Source: Alphaproteobacteria bacterium (GTDB taxonomy: Bacteria; Pseudomonadota; Alphaproteobacteria; RF32; CAG-239). From it: a stretch of DNA of 64,000 nucleotides. A program made the translations under genes and the position numbers. A model generated the notes under the pieces. It searched no databases. It saw only the letters and a program-made list of their open reading frames with translations, and had not been told where the DNA came from. Positions 62,093 to 64,000 of the stretch are shown here, in pieces (the stretch's first letter is position 1; each line of letters starts with the position of its first letter). The stretch spans positions 30,429-94,428 of the forward strand of contig JAZUCK010000023.1 of assembly GCA_045639065.1 (NCBI GenBank), read 5' to 3'.

Positions 62093-62808
62093 TGATAAAT
62101 TGGGATTTGTTAAAAGAAGAAGTTAAAAATCATATGAATTTTGACAGTTGCGGTCATGGTTTTGACCATGTTGAAAGAGTATATAACATAGCGCAAAAAT
62201 TGATGCAAAATTTGCAAAATATTGATAAAGAAATAGTCGCGCTTGCCTCACTTTTGCATGATGCCGATGATTATAAATTATTCGGACAAGAAGCCTGTGA
62301 TAATTTGACTAATGCCAAAAGAATTATGAAAGAGTGCGGTGTCGATGAAGCAACTATGCAAAAAGTTTGCGATATTATATCTTCAATGGGGTATTCAAAA
62401 CTTTTAATGGGTATCAGACCAACCACTAAAGAAGGTATGTTGGTCTCAGACGCCGATATGCTTGATGCAACCGGCATAAATGGTATAATCCGAACCCTAA
62501 ACTATGCTTTTTCACGTTGTCAAAAATATGGCACTCCGGTATTTGATAAAAACGAGTGGCCGGAAATAAATATGAGTGCCGAACGATATAAGTCACGCGA
62601 CAGAAAAAGCGACAACTGCATCAATCACTTTTTTGAAAAGACTTTGCGCTTGGGCAATCTGATGATGACCGAAGAAGGAAGACAAATGGCAAAGGTAAGA
62701 CTAAAAAGAATGGTCGAATTTTTACGCGGTTATTTTGATGAAAATGATGTGCCGGAATGGAACAAATATTTGGAAAATTACTTAAAAGAAGAAAAAATAG
62801 ACTTATAA
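62092..62808 (+). CDS. HD-domain phosphohydrolase
   Basis: Contains HGFDHVERV and LLHDADD (the H..HD..D pattern). Inserted between ruvC and ruvA. Confidence 0.75.
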   Translation: MINWDLLKEEVKNHMNFDSCGHGFDHVERVYNIAQKLMQNLQNIDKEIVALASLLHDADDYKLFGQEACDNLTNAKRIMKECGVDEATMQKVCDIISSMGYSKLLMGIRPTTKEGMLVSDADMLDATGINGIIRTLNYAFSRCQKYGTPVFDKNEWPEINMSAERYKSRDRKSDNCINHFFEKTLRLGNLMMTEEGRQMAKVRLKRMVEFLRGYFDENDVPEWNKYLENYLKEEKIDL

Positions 62809-62907
62809 AAGTTCTTTTTTTGTTCTAAATAATTAAAATAATTCTTGCAACTGAATTGTTTATTTTGTAGGCTAAAATAAGTTGATTGAAAACAAGGAAA
62901 TTAAAAT

Positions 62908-63579
62908 ATGATAGCTAAGTTAAGAGGACTTGTTGATACCATAGCCGAAGATTATTGCATTATCGATGTTAATGGCGTGGGGTATTTGGTTTTTGCTTCT
63001 GCTAAAACACTAAGCAGATTAACCTTAAACTCAACAGCATCGCTGATGATTGAAACTATTGTCAGAGAAGACAGTATTTCGCTGTTCGGATTTGCCGATG
63101 CCCTGGAAAAAGAGTGGTTTAATACCTTAACCAAAGTTCAAGGTGTCGGGGCTAAGGTGTGCTTAAGCATTATGTCGGTGCTAACTCCTAACCAACTTGC
63201 TCAAGCTGTTGCCGCTCAAGATAAATCTTCGTTTGCCAGAGCAAATGGTGTAGGTCCTAAATTAGCCGCACGCATTGTTACCGAATTAAAAGATAAAATC
63301 GTAACCGTTCCTTTAGCTAACGTTTCAAAAGACTTGAATCAAGCTGTAAATTTTGACACGGCAACCGGAGAAGTTTTGGAATATGAAGATAATTTAGTCT
63401 CACGTGATGAAGATCCAACCAAAATGGAAGACGCTATTTCGGCGCTGGTAAATTTGGGCTATCAAAGAATAGACGCTTATCGCGTAGTAAATTTAGTATT
63501 GAGTAAAAATGAAAATGCCGATACAAGCGAAATAATTCGCTTATCGTTAAAAGAATTTGCTAAGGAGCAAGTCAGATGA
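62908..63579 (+). CDS. ruvA: Holliday junction DNA helicase RuvA
   Basis: Starts MIAKLRGLV, with VNGVGYLV and the HhH motifs VQGVGAKV and [11 protein letters not shown]. Confidence 0.92.
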   Translation: MIAKLRGLVDTIAEDYCIIDVNGVGYLVFASAKTLSRLTLNSTASLMIETIVREDSISLFGFADALEKEWFNTLTKVQGVGAKVCLSIMSVLTPNQLAQAVAAQDKSSFARANGVGPKLAARIVTELKDKIVTVPLANVSKDLNQAVNFDTATGEVLEYEDNLVSRDEDPTKMEDAISALVNLGYQRIDAYRVVNLVLSKNENADTSEIIRLSLKEFAKEQVR

Positions 63580-64000
63580 TCGATGAAAGACTGGTCAGTC
63601 CGCAAAAACAAACAGAAGATGAGAGCGCTACAAATATGCCGATAAATTTGCGCCCGCAAACCTTAGGGGATTTTGTCGGACAAACTCATGTTTGCGAAAA
63701 CTTAAAAGTTTTTATTGATGCCGCAAAAGCACGTGGTGATGCTTTAGATCACGTTTTGTTGTTTGGCCCTCCGGGTCTTGGCAAGACAACTTTGGCTTCT
63801 ATTGTTGCTAAAGAATTGGGTGTGGGTTTTCGTGCAACCTCGGCTCCGATGATTTCAAAATCAGGCGACTTGGCAGCCATTTTGACCAACTTAGAACGTA
63901 ATGATGTTTTGTTTATTGATGAAATTCATCGTTTGAATCCTGCTATTGAAGAAGTCTTGTATTCGGCGATGGAAGATTTTCAACTAGACTTGATTATCGG
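63576..64000 (+). CDS. ruvB: Holliday junction DNA helicase RuvB (5' part; continues past the window end)
   Basis: The ATG at 63576 overlaps the ruvA stop. Translation reads [12 protein letters not shown]...[14 protein letters not shown] (Walker A). Open to the window end, so it is absent from the ORF track. Confidence 0.9.
   Translation, partial: MIDERLVSPQKQTEDESATNMPINLRPQTLGDFVGQTHVCENLKVFIDAAKARGDALDHVLLFGPPGLGKTTLASIVAKELGVGFRATSAPMISKSGDLAAILTNLERNDVLFIDEIHRLNPAIEEVLYSAMEDFQLDLII

Overview
AT-rich chromosomal segment, most likely from an alphaproteobacterium. Supporting markers are popZ, a DUF1013/TrcR-like protein, the mraZ-rsmH-ftsL-ftsI cluster, a Caulobacter-style fliF-fliG-fliH-fliN-flbD-flhA cluster, and a short FljK-type flagellin ending in LSLF. 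About 60 genes are dense and mostly housekeeping: alr, accBC, efp, rpmE, lpxC, bamD, recN, gltX, argS, gap, pgk, glgP, tolC, valS and ruvCAB. There is also a roughly 16-kb flagellar region (5.5-19.9 kb) with a near-consensus sigma54 promoter, an RNase P RNA, and a probable 6S RNA downstream of zapA. The main result is an accessory island (about 41.6-47.2 kb) between a hemolysin-III gene and gap. It carries a complete diversity-generating retroelement (DGR): reverse transcriptase, an overlapping Avd-like gene, and a 112-nt template repeat (TR). The cognate 115-nt variable repeat (VR) lies inside the central insert of a giant 781-aa flagellin. TR and VR differ at 17 positions. All 17 are adenines in the TR, and there is one extra codon in an AAC tract. 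The variable codons fall in a DUF1566/C-type-lectin-fold-like module that, together with a beta-helix-like module, sits between conserved flagellin D0/D1 termini. The TR is on the opposite strand to RT, avd and the target gene. The flagellin gene is bracketed by an unusual family of nested palindromic repeats whose inner stems covary. Smaller observations include a probable MraZ operator of four 10-bp-phased repeats, a SuhB homolog with degenerate catalytic motifs, a DUF1013 protein with a histone-H1-like tail encoded by 45-bp tandem repeats, an internally duplicated FlgE insert, and two large orphan proteins. All calls come from reading the sequence and ORF translations by eye. No database search was run.
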